64,000 bases of DNA from Styela clava (Eukaryota): assembly GCF_964204865.1 (NCBI RefSeq), contig NC_135259.1, positions 10,478,001 to 10,542,000 on the forward strand. Reading direction: 5' to 3'. This document shows positions 37,719 through 50,920 of this stretch, in pieces. Position 1 is the first letter of the stretch. Every line of letters begins with the position of its first letter. Below the pieces are notes generated by a model, which searched no databases, was not told the origin of the DNA, and worked only from the letters and a program-made list of their open reading frames with translations. The position numbers and the translations under genes are program-made.

Positions 37719-40700
37719 ATGGACTCTTATGCTGAACATAACTTTCAATGGTATAATTATAAACGTCCCACATTCTGTGATCATTGTGGGGGTCTGCTGG
37801 TTGGTGCGACGAAACAAGGGAAAAGGTGCAGGCGTGAGTAAAATATATATACGGTATTTATGTTGTACAATGATGAGCTTTTCATCCACAGGAAAAAAAC
37901 TGTGGAAACTCTCATTACTACACCAAGCAGTCTTATACGCAGGGCTGACTCGGGTAGAATATTTGTAGAGTATTAGTTTTTATCTTTCAAAAAACAACAC
38001 AGAAGTGTGTGTACCAATATGGATATGGAAGTAACTATTTTTGTTCGCCTACTTTACATCAAGTTGTGTAAAGGGAATGGAACCTATGCGCTGGGCTATC
38101 ATGCGCTATCATGTTCACTTGGCTAACACAGACAGTCCCCGAACTCGTAATAGAACTAAAATATGGGAAATCGGAATAAAATTATGGTCTGACCCGAACC
38201 TGGTACACACACTGCGGGAATGGTGTGCATATATATTTTAGTACATATATATGCACTTTTGAATACCATGTATACAATTTAGGGTGCGATCTCGATATTC
38301 ACGAAAAGTGCGAAGAAATACTTGAAAAACCCTGCATTGAGTTGGTAAGTCAGATATTTACTTGTCCCCACCATCCCATATTCTTTTCTCTTCCGCGACC
38401 TTTGTGGCAGAAAACAGTGACAGTCGGGTGAGTAATATCAATTTCTATTGAATAATTCATATGAAATCAGATACCGGCTAGTTTGCAAATCAAAAAAATA
38501 ATTTACAATAATATGAGATACCATTTCACGTGATTATTTCAAACCGTTAATCGCTGGGTGTTTGAAATGAATGTGTTTAAATAATATTAAAAAGGTTGCC
38601 TTAAAGCCAGTCTGAATATGAATGGCTCCTCAGACTAGTGCTTCCTTTTTCTGTTACAATACATTACGTATACATTTGCAGTGTAGCGTCGGGCGTGTAG
38701 CTTTCATTTCGCTCAACTTAGTCTCAAATACACTCAAAATAGATGGAATCTAAATTCTATTATGCGTGTTGTTGATTCTAGCTTTGATAAAAGATTCAAA
38801 ATTCTGGCATTTTATTATTTATTTGCTCAGGTGACAGGACATCACAACTTTCGAGAAAAGACTTTCACACAACTAACATACTGTGACTTCTGCAAGAATT
38901 TGTTGGTTGGATTTATCAGACAGGGAATGAAATGCTCAGGTTTTTTCGAATTTATTTTCAATGGAAATTGGGATATATTTATTCTACCTTCTTATAACGT
39001 TTGTAATAGAACTCAATTGTTTGTAGTTGCATACAAAGTTACATGTTATGTTTTGTCTGATTTATAGGGGCGATTGACCATTTTTATAATATCGATTACA
39101 TTAGTTGATTTGCTAGCTATAGTTTTTGGCTACTCTTAAAATAATTATCGTGTTCTCTTTTCAATGCTACTTGATAATCACAAAATGAATATAAAAAATC
39201 TACCCAATTTATTTAAATAGACCGTGGATGACGTAGAGAGGTACCAACATCATATTGAAATATTACATTAGCGATTTACATATATATAAACCTTATTATT
39301 TTCCTCCGGTCTTCAAATACGCTGGAAAGACGTGACAGGCTTATGGCATTGGGAAATATTTGTAATGTTAGCTGTCCAATTTGTCGAAACTGAAGAATTG
39401 TAGATTTACCCCTTACCGACACAAATTTCTTTATCGATTTAATGTATGAGCCAATAAAAGTTTAAACAGTAACTGTTATGTATAAGAATGAATATATTGT
39501 CCCGGTAAAATTACTCTCCATTTTCTCAAAGAATGTGGAGCGAATGTGCATGAAAAGTGCCAAGAAAAAGTTGAAGCCTTCTGCAGACAAACACAAAGCA
39601 GATTAAACAGAGAAACTGTGTAAGTAAATCATTCTTTGGTTTTTGAAAGGAATAAGCACATCAGTAAATAACATTTGCGTTGGAGATAGCTTTAGGTTAC
39701 TCATCTTTTTTATTTTACAAAGGCTCATTAGCTTCTAAAATGATAAATAATGGTAGTTAATCAGTTATGTCCAAAGGAGGACGATTACTGTCGCGTTTCC
39801 TAGCCTTCATAATAATATATCTCCAAGCAATTCATATTGCGTCATCCGAAGAGTTTATTTAACTAAATTATCCATATTTTTCTCTATTTAGGCCGAAAAC
39901 TAAACCACCACGATCGCCATCGCCGAGGCCGAAATCGCCACTACCGCCAAGTGAATTCCGTGTTGACCAACCTGCCGATTTTCAAGTAATGAAACCAAAA
40001 TCACGGACTCCTTCAGTAAGCAGATACTCAGATGATATGGATTCTTATCCAGAATGTGATCACGGTATATACATTAATGTGACGCTAAGGTTTTTTATTC
40101 TGAAGAATTTTTTTTTAGTGAGTCCACGAGGATATGATAACATCAGCTTTTAAAGATATAAAAACGATTATCTCTAGAATTTAGCTTAGACATTTTATTT
40201 TTATATATATGTACAAGGTTTTGTACGCTTTTCACTCCAAAAAAAGCATGAACTCCTTGGTAAGGCGCTACCATACTTTGAAAAAGCTAGACTGTTATGG
40301 TTCATATTGATTCTCCAATATACTACATCATAGATATTACGATATATGATTACTTGTATTTTTATATTTAACCTATGCAACAATGATAAGAGCGGCGCTT
40401 CAATCACTAAACCATTACACCCAGAAATTAAATAAGCATGTATGGAAAATAAAATGCAATAGGAAGACTTGTAAACGCTTTTTTAAGATTCTATTGGCAC
40501 TTCATCTTTGAGCCGACAGGCGTCTTCTACAACTGGTGCATCAAGCCGCCATGATTCAACCAATACACCTAACACATCGTATCCTTCAACATCGAGTGAA
40601 GAGCCAAACAAAATTGAACAAATGAAGCAAACGGTTCGTACCAAATTCGAATATTAGCATAAACAGTGCGTTCTTTGTATGTCCTACCTCTCCAGCTCTA

Positions 40701-41541
40701 AAAGTAGTTTTGCAAATTATTTATCCTTCCAGGTCGACGATGTGTTCGGAATAATGAAGAATACCTTCAATTCTGCTCTTCATAGGGGAGAAAATTTGGA
40801 CAAGTTGCAAGTTGGTATCAAAATAAAAATAACTTGAATCGACCCGTCATCGTAATATGAACAACAACGTATCTTGCAGAAAACAAATATTTGTAACTGT
40901 ATCTTCTACAGCAGTGGTTCTCAAACTTTTCGAGTCGCGCACCCTTTTTAGAATTTTTGAAGTCTCGCGCCCGACCTCGAAATAACTAGCTAACAATAGC
41001 TACAAATAATAGATGGTAAGGCGAAAGTATGTTTTATTAAAAAAAACACGTGAACGGAATGTAAATATCCAAAATAAAAATATGTAAATATCCAAAATAA
41101 GTCGGAAATATAAAATGTAACAATTATTTTTTCTTTTAATTTGCTTCACGCCTTCTCAAAAAATTGTCTACGCCCTCCTACGTTTGTTTCTTACTATATA
41201 TCAAATTCTGAGTGAAATTGTTAAATTCATTCCATTCTATATGCAGATATGACTCGTGCTTTGATATTGACTCGAACAAATTAATGATTTCCAAACTCTA
41301 TTGTATATATTTTAGTTTAAGTTATGCATAACATGGTATAGTATAGATTGCACATTTCATTCTACAGAAAAAGTCAAAAGATTTGGAGGAGAGAGCTAAT
41401 CTTCTGGAAAAGACAGCCAAAAAGGTAAAATACAAGATGATGTGGAAAAACTACAAACTATGGGTCGCCTTAGCTGTTGCTGCCATTATACTGATTGTTA
41501 TTATATCTGTTGCTGTGGTATTTAGTAAAAAGACTTCCTAA
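37719..41541 (+). CDS. Tandem C1-domain / R-SNARE fusion protein, copy 2, 8 exons, 314 aa (same protein as copy 1)
   Basis: Exons 37719-37833, 38283-38344, 38831-38939, 39532-39619, 39892-40064, 40488-40633, 40733-40810, 41368-41541. Exon lengths and splice sites match copy 1. An in-frame TAA 21 nt upstream of the ATG supports this start. Confidence 0.85.
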
Positions 41542-41669
41542 CTGAAATGCAATTTGTCTGCACGGAGTCTTTTTAATTTTCAGCGTTTGCGATTTTGCTC
41601 TGAATGGGATTTGAGGTCACTCTTGGGGATAATATATTCGGAATTATACCAGTTCCACTTCGTCTATCC

Positions 41670-42258
41670 CAGGCCTGCACAAATCAAATCACCACGAGGG
41701 CCACGAGCATAAATCTGAAGGCCCGGCGGGCCGCAAACTTTGCCACATACATATTTCACAAGATGAACTACAAATCAAAATAATATTGTGAAACAGTTAA
41801 ATTTAATGAAACACTTTCATTACTGGGGAGCTTAAAAATATGAAGAATCTTATTTACCTGAGTAAAAACAAGGTACAGTATTTTTGCATATGAGATGGCA
41901 AATATGTATTTAGTGGTTCATCCACCTTGAAAACCCAGCCTTCATTTTCAATATTTCTTTTTTATTAGAATTAGGTATTGCGTGTTGCAGTATAAACTGA
42001 CTGCAGAAAAATATTTTACTCAGGTTCAGTTTTGTAAAATCGTCCCAGGGTCTAGAGACGAATATCAGGGGTCGCGAAGGAAACACCAGTTTCACACAAA
42101 GTTCGATATTTACTGAAACTAGTGCAAAACATAAATTTCACGATTTCGAATATGATCGGGGTAGCGGCGCGCTTGCATAACAATGCCGGCTTTGATTGTT
42201 AGACCCGAGAAGTGGCGTGTTTCCAAATCATCCGCGGGCCGTATGTTGTGCAGGCCTG
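41670..42258. mobile_element. hAT-type MITE (589 bp), present only in duplication unit 2
   Basis: Perfect 13-bp TIR CAGGCCTGCACAA / TTGTGCAGGCCTG. Perfect 8-bp TSD gtctatcc (41662-41669, 42259-42266). Unit 1 has the empty site at 33961-33968. Confidence 0.92.
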
Positions 42259-42684
42259 GTCTATCCCAATTTTTTACTAACACTTCGTGATGATGAGTAT
42301 AGATAGAGAAACATTCAGATAAAGGTTGCCAATGCTCCCATGTTCTCCATTTCTTACCCCGTAAGGATGGTGTCAAATTATAGCAGATTATACCAAGACC
42401 ATAATAACCACGGTAAAATAAGAACAAGACAAATGTCCAACCAAAGAAGTTCAGTTACCTCGAAGAAAAAGTCGAAAAGCTTGTCGAACATTACACCAAT
42501 GCGTGAATAAAAAGTTGTTCTGAGATACATTGCTTATATCTACATGAGGCATGACCCTGATTGCTGACAAATAAATTGATAAAAAAATATTATTTAATTT
42601 TATGCAATAAATGGGTCTACGATAGAAAAAGATTTAAAAATAGTAAAAGAAAGAAATTATTCTTAGATTCGGCATTGCTTAGAT

Positions 42685-43278
42685 CAGGGTTCCCAAAGTT
42701 CACCGCGGGTCAAATTTCGAAGCAGAAGGATATTCGCGGGCCAGAAACGGGGAGCGGCAAAAACGGCTGGGGTTCGGAAAATTTTGAAAAATAGTCACTA
42801 AAATAGGTTGCAAGCTTGATTTTATATACACCCAGCATAGCAGTTTGTTTTGTAATAAAATTAATAATTATAATAGTCAGGTGATGGAATACCCGAGGAA
42901 TAAATAACAAGCACGACTTTCAACAAGGAATTTGTAACTGATAGTCACCAATAAAGTTACTTGCTCATTTTGCATACTTGGCTACTTATGGTTTGTTTTG
43001 TTACACAAAAAACATCCCAATGTATATAATATAAATATAAAAAAACGAAATTCCAACATAATTAATTGTGTATTTTTGTACAAACGTGTAATTCGGGTTG
43101 GCTCGAAATCAGATGTTCAAAACGTGGCTCCAGTTCATTACATTGTATCCACAACAACGCATTCAATTGATTATCTGCCAATCTGGACCGAAGTTTTGAT
43201 TTGTTCGTTTTCTGAAATCGTTAAGCCATTTTAAATCGTTACGCGGGTCGTAATTGGCCCGCGGTTTGGGAACGCCTG
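42685..43278. mobile_element. hAT/Charlie-type MITE, unit 2 copy of 34388-34977
   Basis: Same TIRs and TSD as the unit-1 element, so it inserted before the duplication. Confidence 0.8.
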
Positions 43279-46200
43279 GCTCAGATAAATTAGTATAGCT
43301 ACATATTTCACAATCTTTTCGTGAAATAAAGGAATTATTAGGGTGGAAACTGTCCAATTAATTTTAATTAGTATATTTTGAGTCTTCAAATTTAGAAAAA
43401 TCCAGTCTTTCGCTTGTATTCAATAACACTGTAAACGGAAAATATCTGAGACAAGAATTATTGACCCTATTAAAAAAATAAATACCAGTTGAAAAATGTT
43501 TGAACCGGTTAAATTAAGAAACGAAATAAAAAATTAAAGAAAATGAATAATACATACATCTCGTTTATTTTTGTATACAATTGACGCAAAACAATCATTG
43601 CGTTCAAAATGTCAACATTTAGCTGATTTTGACTTTTGTATAAAAAAAAACATAGCAAAAAATGACCCCTGTCGTTACCACAGATGTCGGTCTAATTGTG
43701 CGAGTAGAAATGTGAAGGTCTCCATATTTCATTTTCCAAATTGTATTCAAAATGCTTTCAAGAATTCTGAATAAACACATACATACAAATCAATTCCGCT
43801 GGATCAATTGGTAGACTGAAAATTTCATATTCATTCCAGGGGAAGGAAACCCGATAGTTGGCGAATCACTGGTCACGGCCTCTTCTCCAATGACCAGTTC
43901 ATGTCGGGCATGATAGATAGATTGTTTTGCAAACACCGCAATACACACAAATTAAAACTTGAGAATTCTAGAGAGCGAGCAAAACATTCAAACAAGTTAA
44001 AGCATGATAGATATAATGTGCCCACTCACCTGCACACTCACAAAACATACAACCTATTTAAACAATAAAAATAATAATAACCAATTCATTCTGATACAGT
44101 ACATGAGCATTAACCGTCTTAGACTTAGAGGGATGCAAATATGAAATTCAATTTTCAATCTTTTCGACCCCCCCCCCCCCCCCCTTGGAAATGTGAAAAA
44201 AATAAAATCATTTTTCTGTATCATAGATAGCAATTTTCCGTAGCTTGAAATGCTTTTTGGACCCCCAAGACTACTAAAAACACGCGTATTCCAGCGTTCA
44301 ATCAGACCCGCTAGCTGTTTCAATCTAACTTGGCGAAGAAAAATTTCTTTGAAAATTTCTGGCTACGCCCCTCGCATCCAGCAACCACCGTGGTCATTGT
44401 GGTAATAAATCGTTAAATGGGCGAAGAAATGTTCTACAGCACTGCAAACATTCAAACTTTATTAACTTAAATCCAGTGCGTCAATTCCATATGAAATAAC
44501 TGTACCACACAATCAAACACTTTGTGTCAGAAATCATCACAAAATATGTCAATTATACCAAAATTTCTACATTTCAGGCCATTTTTTATAAACCATCAAA
44601 AACCTGGTTGAAATTTTAAATTGTTCGATGAAATGAATGCAGTCCAATAAAATTCCAATGTCTTTTGATATCAAAAATAAAATAAAATTACTTTCACTAC
44701 ACTTTTTAAAAAATTGATGGAATTCAACTTTTGCTTGGAATGACCCATAACATGTCGCTGTAAAAAGGCTATGGTAACCTAAAATTTGCGCTTTCGTGTT
44801 AGCAAACTCATCCACCATCTTCGTCATATCAATTTTTTCAATTTGCTTCAAAAATCAGTAGCTTACCTGTGATAATTGTCATGTAAGTTTTGGAAGGAAA
44901 TTCATTCGCGCCGGCGTCATCACTTTTGGAGATTGAACACGCATCTGGTTTTCTACCGATACCACCGGTGCTAGGCCTAATTCCTCCTCAGTTACGTTCG
45001 GTATTAATTGTTTCAATTTTGGTTATATTTCGTTTATTTTGGTTACTTTAATTACTTAATCGTAATTTCGCCGGTGCGATCAAACCACACGACGCCGAAA
45101 ATCAACGACTCCGGCATTGTTACGTAATAAAACGATTTGGGCAGAACTAACATCAACATTTATAAGATGTGCATTACTGCTTTTGCGGCTTGAATTTCTA
45201 AATTTTAACCGCTTGGGGCCCCTTTTCGCTGTGCCCAAAAATTCCAGCCCGAAATTTCATATTGAGGGGCATATTGAGCATATGGGGTTAATTGAGTACA
45301 ATGTATAAAAACCTCGCTAACTTTTTTGTATGTTGAGTGAATGGTTTGTACTTTGTAGCAACAATATATCATATCCTATGCTTGCGTATACCTCACTTGC
45401 CTACCAATGATAAAATTGTTTTAGATGTTTGTATGTGAAATTTTTTTTGTTCGTGAAAAAAATTGTTTTGGAAACTTTCACGGGACACTTTTCTGATAGT
45501 ATATTTTAAACTTTTTGTGATGCCTTTTAGTACCCTAGTAAAGACTCTCTTTGCCCCAGTAGATAAATTTTGTGTAACTCATTGACTTTTTGTTTTATTG
45601 ATGTTTGAAAAAATCGAGGTAAAATGAGTCTGTCGGAAATTTACCGTGGGGTAAATCGGGTATATGCATAAATGGCCTTTCCCACTGCTATAACACAGGA
45701 ATATGAGGTTTTGTGTGACTTTTTTGAGCCCTAACACTTTTTTGTAGCCTTTATCATGTCCATCTTTCAATATAGGCTTCTATTTTTAATGAATATGAGT
45801 GTAAATTCACAATGGGCGATTGTAGGATTTTGAGAAAGCAGTTTTTTTCTTGTAACTAAAAAAAATAGTAAAAAAGAAAGCTGTGGACAACCCAAGCACA
45901 GAGTCCTACTCCACCAGTGAGCTTAGTGCATTTACAAAGGCTTCAGTTGACGTAATCACATTCACTGTCATCTCCGAAAACATGTAGTAATAATAAAAAA
46001 ACAGCTGTCCCAGAAAATAAATTCAGGCGAAAACTATATAACGTCAATTGAAAGTATATACCATTACACTGATAGGATGGACTTAAAACGGATATGATTG
46101 GTAGAAAAACAGCAAATAGAAAGATCATATTAATAGTTCAGAAAAGCAGTAACAGAGTCAGAATTAGATTCGGCTTTATCGACGACGAGACAGAATATGA

Positions 46201-47228
46201 AGCAGAATTCTCACATAGTACTGTAGTACAGTAGTACAGCTGATTATAACAGAGGACTAACTATAAGTAGCATATTCTGACATTAATGAAATCAAGACCT
46301 TGACTGGCTGGTTGAAATATGGGGAAAGGGAATTCCTTGGCCAAGTTGTCCTCACCGATGTATATAAAATGAACTTTGTATGATACCAGTGTATGAAAGA
46401 GCTCAAAGATTTTGTGTTAGATTTAACCCAAAATAGGAACATAAAAAGTATCTCTATCAAGGAAGTTGTTGGCCAAGTCAAACCACCCATTTCTAGTCCA
46501 TAATGAACTTGTATTTAAACTAAAAGCCTATTTGTGGTAAAAAGTTTATGGAAACCATAATTGTGATCTATAATACCAAGTTTAAAGTGATGTCAGATAA
46601 TTATGTTCCAAGGTTTTTGTAATTACCATTTTTTAAAATAAACTATATGTACCCAAGTTTCTCATGAAGGGGTTTGATTTGGTTCTAGGGATTTCTTAGA
46701 TTTGATTTAACTGGTAGATGTCAGTTTACTCAATTATCCTCGAAAAATGAGGTAAATTGTATACTGACTTCCAAAAAAAATTGCATTTTTAGGTGACTTG
46801 AATACATTAAATAAGACTCAAACTGTTATGCAAGGAAGTACAGAGTCAAAATGTTACAGTGAAACCATAATTTCATGGAGAATTGATTTCCCTCAGATTT
46901 TACACCCGTTCAAATGTCAAAAACTACTCAAATAACCCCACCCCCTTATCTATTTAAAAAGAAGAAAAAAGTCAGCGATAGAGAAGCCCGACCCGAACAT
47001 AATGATTGACATTTCAGGCCAGAATGTGGCTAATACTGTAATAGATGTTAGTACACAATTGTTATCCTTATTCTGTTATTGCTGTCCATTTAGCAGTGTT
47101 ATTTATTACTGTATTAATTATTTTCAATGCTACCACATTGTTTCAATATCTGTAGTGTAATTTGTTAAATGAAATAATGTTTAGTGATAGAAGTTCATTG
47201 CTGTATGACATTTCATGGTGACAGCATA

Positions 47229-49683
47229 ATGGCAAAGAAGCGTACTACTAAACAAAGAGCAGCTGCTAATGCAGCGAAAAACTCAAAGAATGCAACTGCT
47301 GGAAATAGGAAAATTGAACAGCAGAGCGATGAAGTGAACTTGACTGAGAATTTGAATATACAAAGGGTGCGTGATGTTAAGAAAAATGTCCAAACTGCAA
47401 ATATGGTGTATGCGCCTCCAAAGGGTCTTGTTAATTTAGGAAATACTTGTTTCTTCAACTCAGTAATGCAAAATTTATGCAGAACACCCGGGCTGCTGCA
47501 CCTATTAACGCATGCAAGCCAGGAAAGTAATTTTGTTGTTGATGGAGAGAATATTCCTTCAATTCAATGTCGATTACCACCACTTTGCAAATTAACAGAG
47601 GCATTAAGTAATTTCCTAATCACCATGGAAGCAAGTGTGCAAGTTCCTATAAATAGCGCTGGTAGGCAAAGAAGTCGAACTGAATCTCCTAAGTCTTTGT
47701 TCAATCAAATCTGTACTGTTGCACCGAGATTCCGTGGATATCAGCAACAGGACAGTCAAGAAGTTCTCCAAGCTTTACTTGATGGTGTGAAAACGGAAGA
47801 GATAAAACGTCGAAAGCAGGCAATTTTAGCAAATTTGGGACTGCTGAAGAGAACAGCAAAAGACATATCTCAAGACACAAAGGAAATGGTGAAAAATTAT
47901 GGACGACAAGCATCAAGGATACCAACAATAGTTGACAGTCTTTTCAGTGGCACATTACTCATTAGTGAGCTCAGTCTTATGTGATGAGTGTGGACAGATT
48001 ACTCAAGTAACTGAGGATTTTCTTGACATTCCTTTGCCAATAGTCGAAAGTGTGCAAGCTCATCATCATAATGTAAATAATAAGAAATCAAACAAGGCGC
48101 AACCTATCAAAGATGAATTGAATTCTGGTGAAGATAACAAACATGAAATTACTAAAAAGGTGACTCCTTCAAGTAAACATGCAAAGAAGAAACAGAGACA
48201 GCAATCTCGCAAGAATCACCGCCGTAGAAGAACAAAGTCTCAAAATATTGAAGAGGCTTCGGAAAATGATGAAATCAAAGAGATAGTGACTGAAATGCAA
48301 AGTATGGGAATCAATGGTCGTGTTGGTACAGATTTTAGTACTAATCAAGCCAGTAACTGGGGTAACAAAAACTCTGACATAGAGCCGGAAGAAATAAATT
48401 CAGAATCCAATAATATCGTTTCAGAGCTACAACAGTGTAAAATTGAATCTGCTGAAATAGGTATCATCGTAGACACTGATGAGAAAATTGAGAATGAAAA
48501 CAAGAAGAATGATGTAGTTTCAGAACTTAATAATAACTATTTAGTCGGTGAAAAAAATTCTCCTGATACTACTGCGGTGGCGGAAAATGGCACTGCCATA
48601 AATGAAACGACCAGTAGTTCATGCGATATTTTGGAAAATAAGGAAACTCAAAATGGTGGGGAAAATTTGCCTGATATTACCACAAAGACGATAAAAAACA
48701 CTGTCGCATTTGAAGAAAGTAGTAGCTCATGTGAGGATATTTTGAAGAATAATGAACAAACTGAAGAGATTCATACTCCTGCATGTACAGACGGAAAAAT
48801 TGTAGCAGAGGATGATGTTGTACAAATGCAGTTATCAAATGGAAATGCTGTTCAATGTGGTTTAATGAATGGGAACGCCGAAATTAAGCAGTCTGAAGAT
48901 GAGCAAAACGCCGATTCTACCCCTAGTGATCACACTGAGCCATCTAGTGGCAATGATGAGAAGGAGGAGTCTGGTAACGAAATTGCAAAAGATAATTGCC
49001 CTTCACTATTTGAAACACCTAAAAAAAAGCCTGAAGTCAAATTCACAAGCTTTTGTTCGAAGTTGCCAATCACTGTGTCACCAAGATACGAACCTGGAAA
49101 ACAAGAATGTTCCATACAATCCTGCCTCCACAAATTTACAATGGCTGAAATGCTGACAGGGAACAATAAATTTGGGTGTGAGGAGTGCACAAAGCGGCAG
49201 AGAAAGCTCAGCAATGATAAACCAAAAACTATGTATTGCAATGCGAGCAAGCAAATGATGATCAAAACTCCGCCTCTAATTTTGACTCTGCAATTAAAAA
49301 GGTTTCAACAATCCGGCCGTAGCTTGAGAAAATTCAGCAAAAGGGTCGAAATTCCTATAGAATTTGATTTGTCCCCATTCTGCGCTAGTGATGACACAAA
49401 TCACACCGATGATAATGGTCAAATAATGTATAGAATCTATGGCATTGTAGAACACTCTGGCAGCTTATCTCGGGGACATTACACTTCCTATGTTAATGTT
49501 CGTCCTGTGAATAAAAAGTTATTGCAAAAACTAGGACTAAAATGTGAACTCAATAATATGAAATGTGGCGATGAATTCCATGATCAATGGTTTCATATCA
49601 GCGATACTTCAGTATCGAAATGCACTCTTGATAGAGCTCTTAATTCAAATGCTTACTTGTTATTTTATGAAAGAATATTTTGA
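47229..49683 (+). CDS. USP16/45: Ubiquitin C-terminal hydrolase, USP16/USP45-like (peptidase C19), intronless, interrupted by a +1 frameshift at about 47958-47964
   Basis: ORF1 has the Cys box KGLVNLGNTCFFNSVMQNL and YQQQDSQE..LLDG. ORF2 has CDEC..FLDIPLP, LTGNNKFGCEEC, LTLQLKRF, the His box YGIVEHSGSLSRGHYTSYV, WFHISD and AYLLFYERI. The start MAKKRT (47229) resembles the USP16 start MGKKRT. It may be a null allele, a young pseudogene or a sequence error. Confidence 0.88.
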
Positions 49684-50710
49684 CAAATTAGATTTCTTGT
49701 AAAATTTATTTGTTCCATTGAATTAGGTTCATTTTTCTCAGTAAGCTGTTCATATATAAAACAATATTATGATTTTTAGCCAACTCTCTGTAATAGGAAA
49801 TGATTACCTAATTTAACCATGCTATGCCTGAAAATAGCAGCTACCTCTCTACGAATAATTTAAAAAGCTTGAGACCTTCTGGCTAGTGTTATATACTGTT
49901 ACTCTGTCTTATTATTCCTACCAGGTATTATTGTTCAGGCGCATAATATTCAACAACAGACTTTTTGGTAGTGTAGGCGTGATCTCTACCCTTCATAATC
50001 ATGTTTTCAATGTAGAATTTTGGTTTTACAGAATCATGTCAAACCATTTGCATATTTACTTTTCTCTAGTCAATGATTTATTATAGTGCAATCAACCCTC
50101 TGGTTATTATTGTTGTGAATTTGGGTTGGTAAAGAAAGCCTTTTCTAAGGCATTAATCAGTTATTGTCTTCGCTGACAAATGATACCACAGAAAAATACA
50201 GTTAAACCCCCCCCCCCCCCCCCCCCCTAATCTTGGGCACTAGTTCTTTGAAACCAGAATGGGATTTTACCATGTGCAGCACTGACCTTATTTATTTCTG
50301 GGTCAATATGCTATATCTAGCATTACCGCTTACCAGGCAAAAAAAAGTAGGTGTGGCACGTGGCAATGTAGTAACAGGAAATTGGATTACAGAAAAAGCC
50401 TCTTAGTAGAGATGCTGCCCTTCAGAATCCAAAGTTGGGTTGGAGTTGTGGATGTTTCAAAAGAAACGCATGAATTTATGCTTCTTAGCGAGAGTGTCTA
50501 ACAGTGAATTATCATAGCATAAACTGGTATACAACCAGTCCTTGCCAATAATTACTCTGCCTGATTGAGTATGGCAGTTGCTAAAACAAGATTTTTGGGA
50601 TTATAGCATTGAGCTTCATAAGATTGACTGTGTATTTCACTGTCAAACATGACAAATTCCCCATTCCAAAAAATTCAGATAGTCATCTTAGTAAATAAGG
50701 AAAAAAATTT

Positions 50711-50920
50711 AATATTTATCCCGGGAGAGCAAGAAGCTGATAAAACAGCTTAATCGTGTGGCAAACCACGGCCTCTGGTTTGGTTACCAGTAACTGTCTG
50801 GTATAGGGATGGTTGACCAGTACTTTTTTGTTAGATGCGTATAGTCCGTCTATCCACCAAAGGATTGGAACCAGCGCATGGTAATCAGAGGTCTCATGGC
50901 AAGCCTATTCCAATCCTAGC
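50711..50920 (-). mobile_element. Degenerate copy of the tRNA-derived SINE
   Basis: aatatttatcccgggagagcaagaagctgataaaacagcttaatcgtgtggcaaaccacggcctct aligns with 53652-53716. The motif gtaatcagag is also shared. Confidence 0.7.

Larger units (their letters stand above)
37022..45620 (+). repeat. Tandem segmental duplication, unit 2 (about 8.6 kb)
   Basis: Begins tggctcatatagtatt directly after the end of unit 1 and ends aaaaatcgaggt at 45620. Differs from unit 1 by substitutions, small indels and TE insertions. Confidence 0.95.

Noticed and set aside
47932-49683. Treating the 583-aa ORF as a separate gene from the 266-aa ORF
   Set aside because: The catalytic Cys box and His box are split between the two ORFs, so they are halves of one USP domain. 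No plausible GT-AG intron bridges the shift without removing conserved residues.
50207-50227. Long poly-C tract (others near 17292 and 44168) with G-quadruplex potential
   Set aside because: Simple homopolymers of unreliable length, with no evidence of function.
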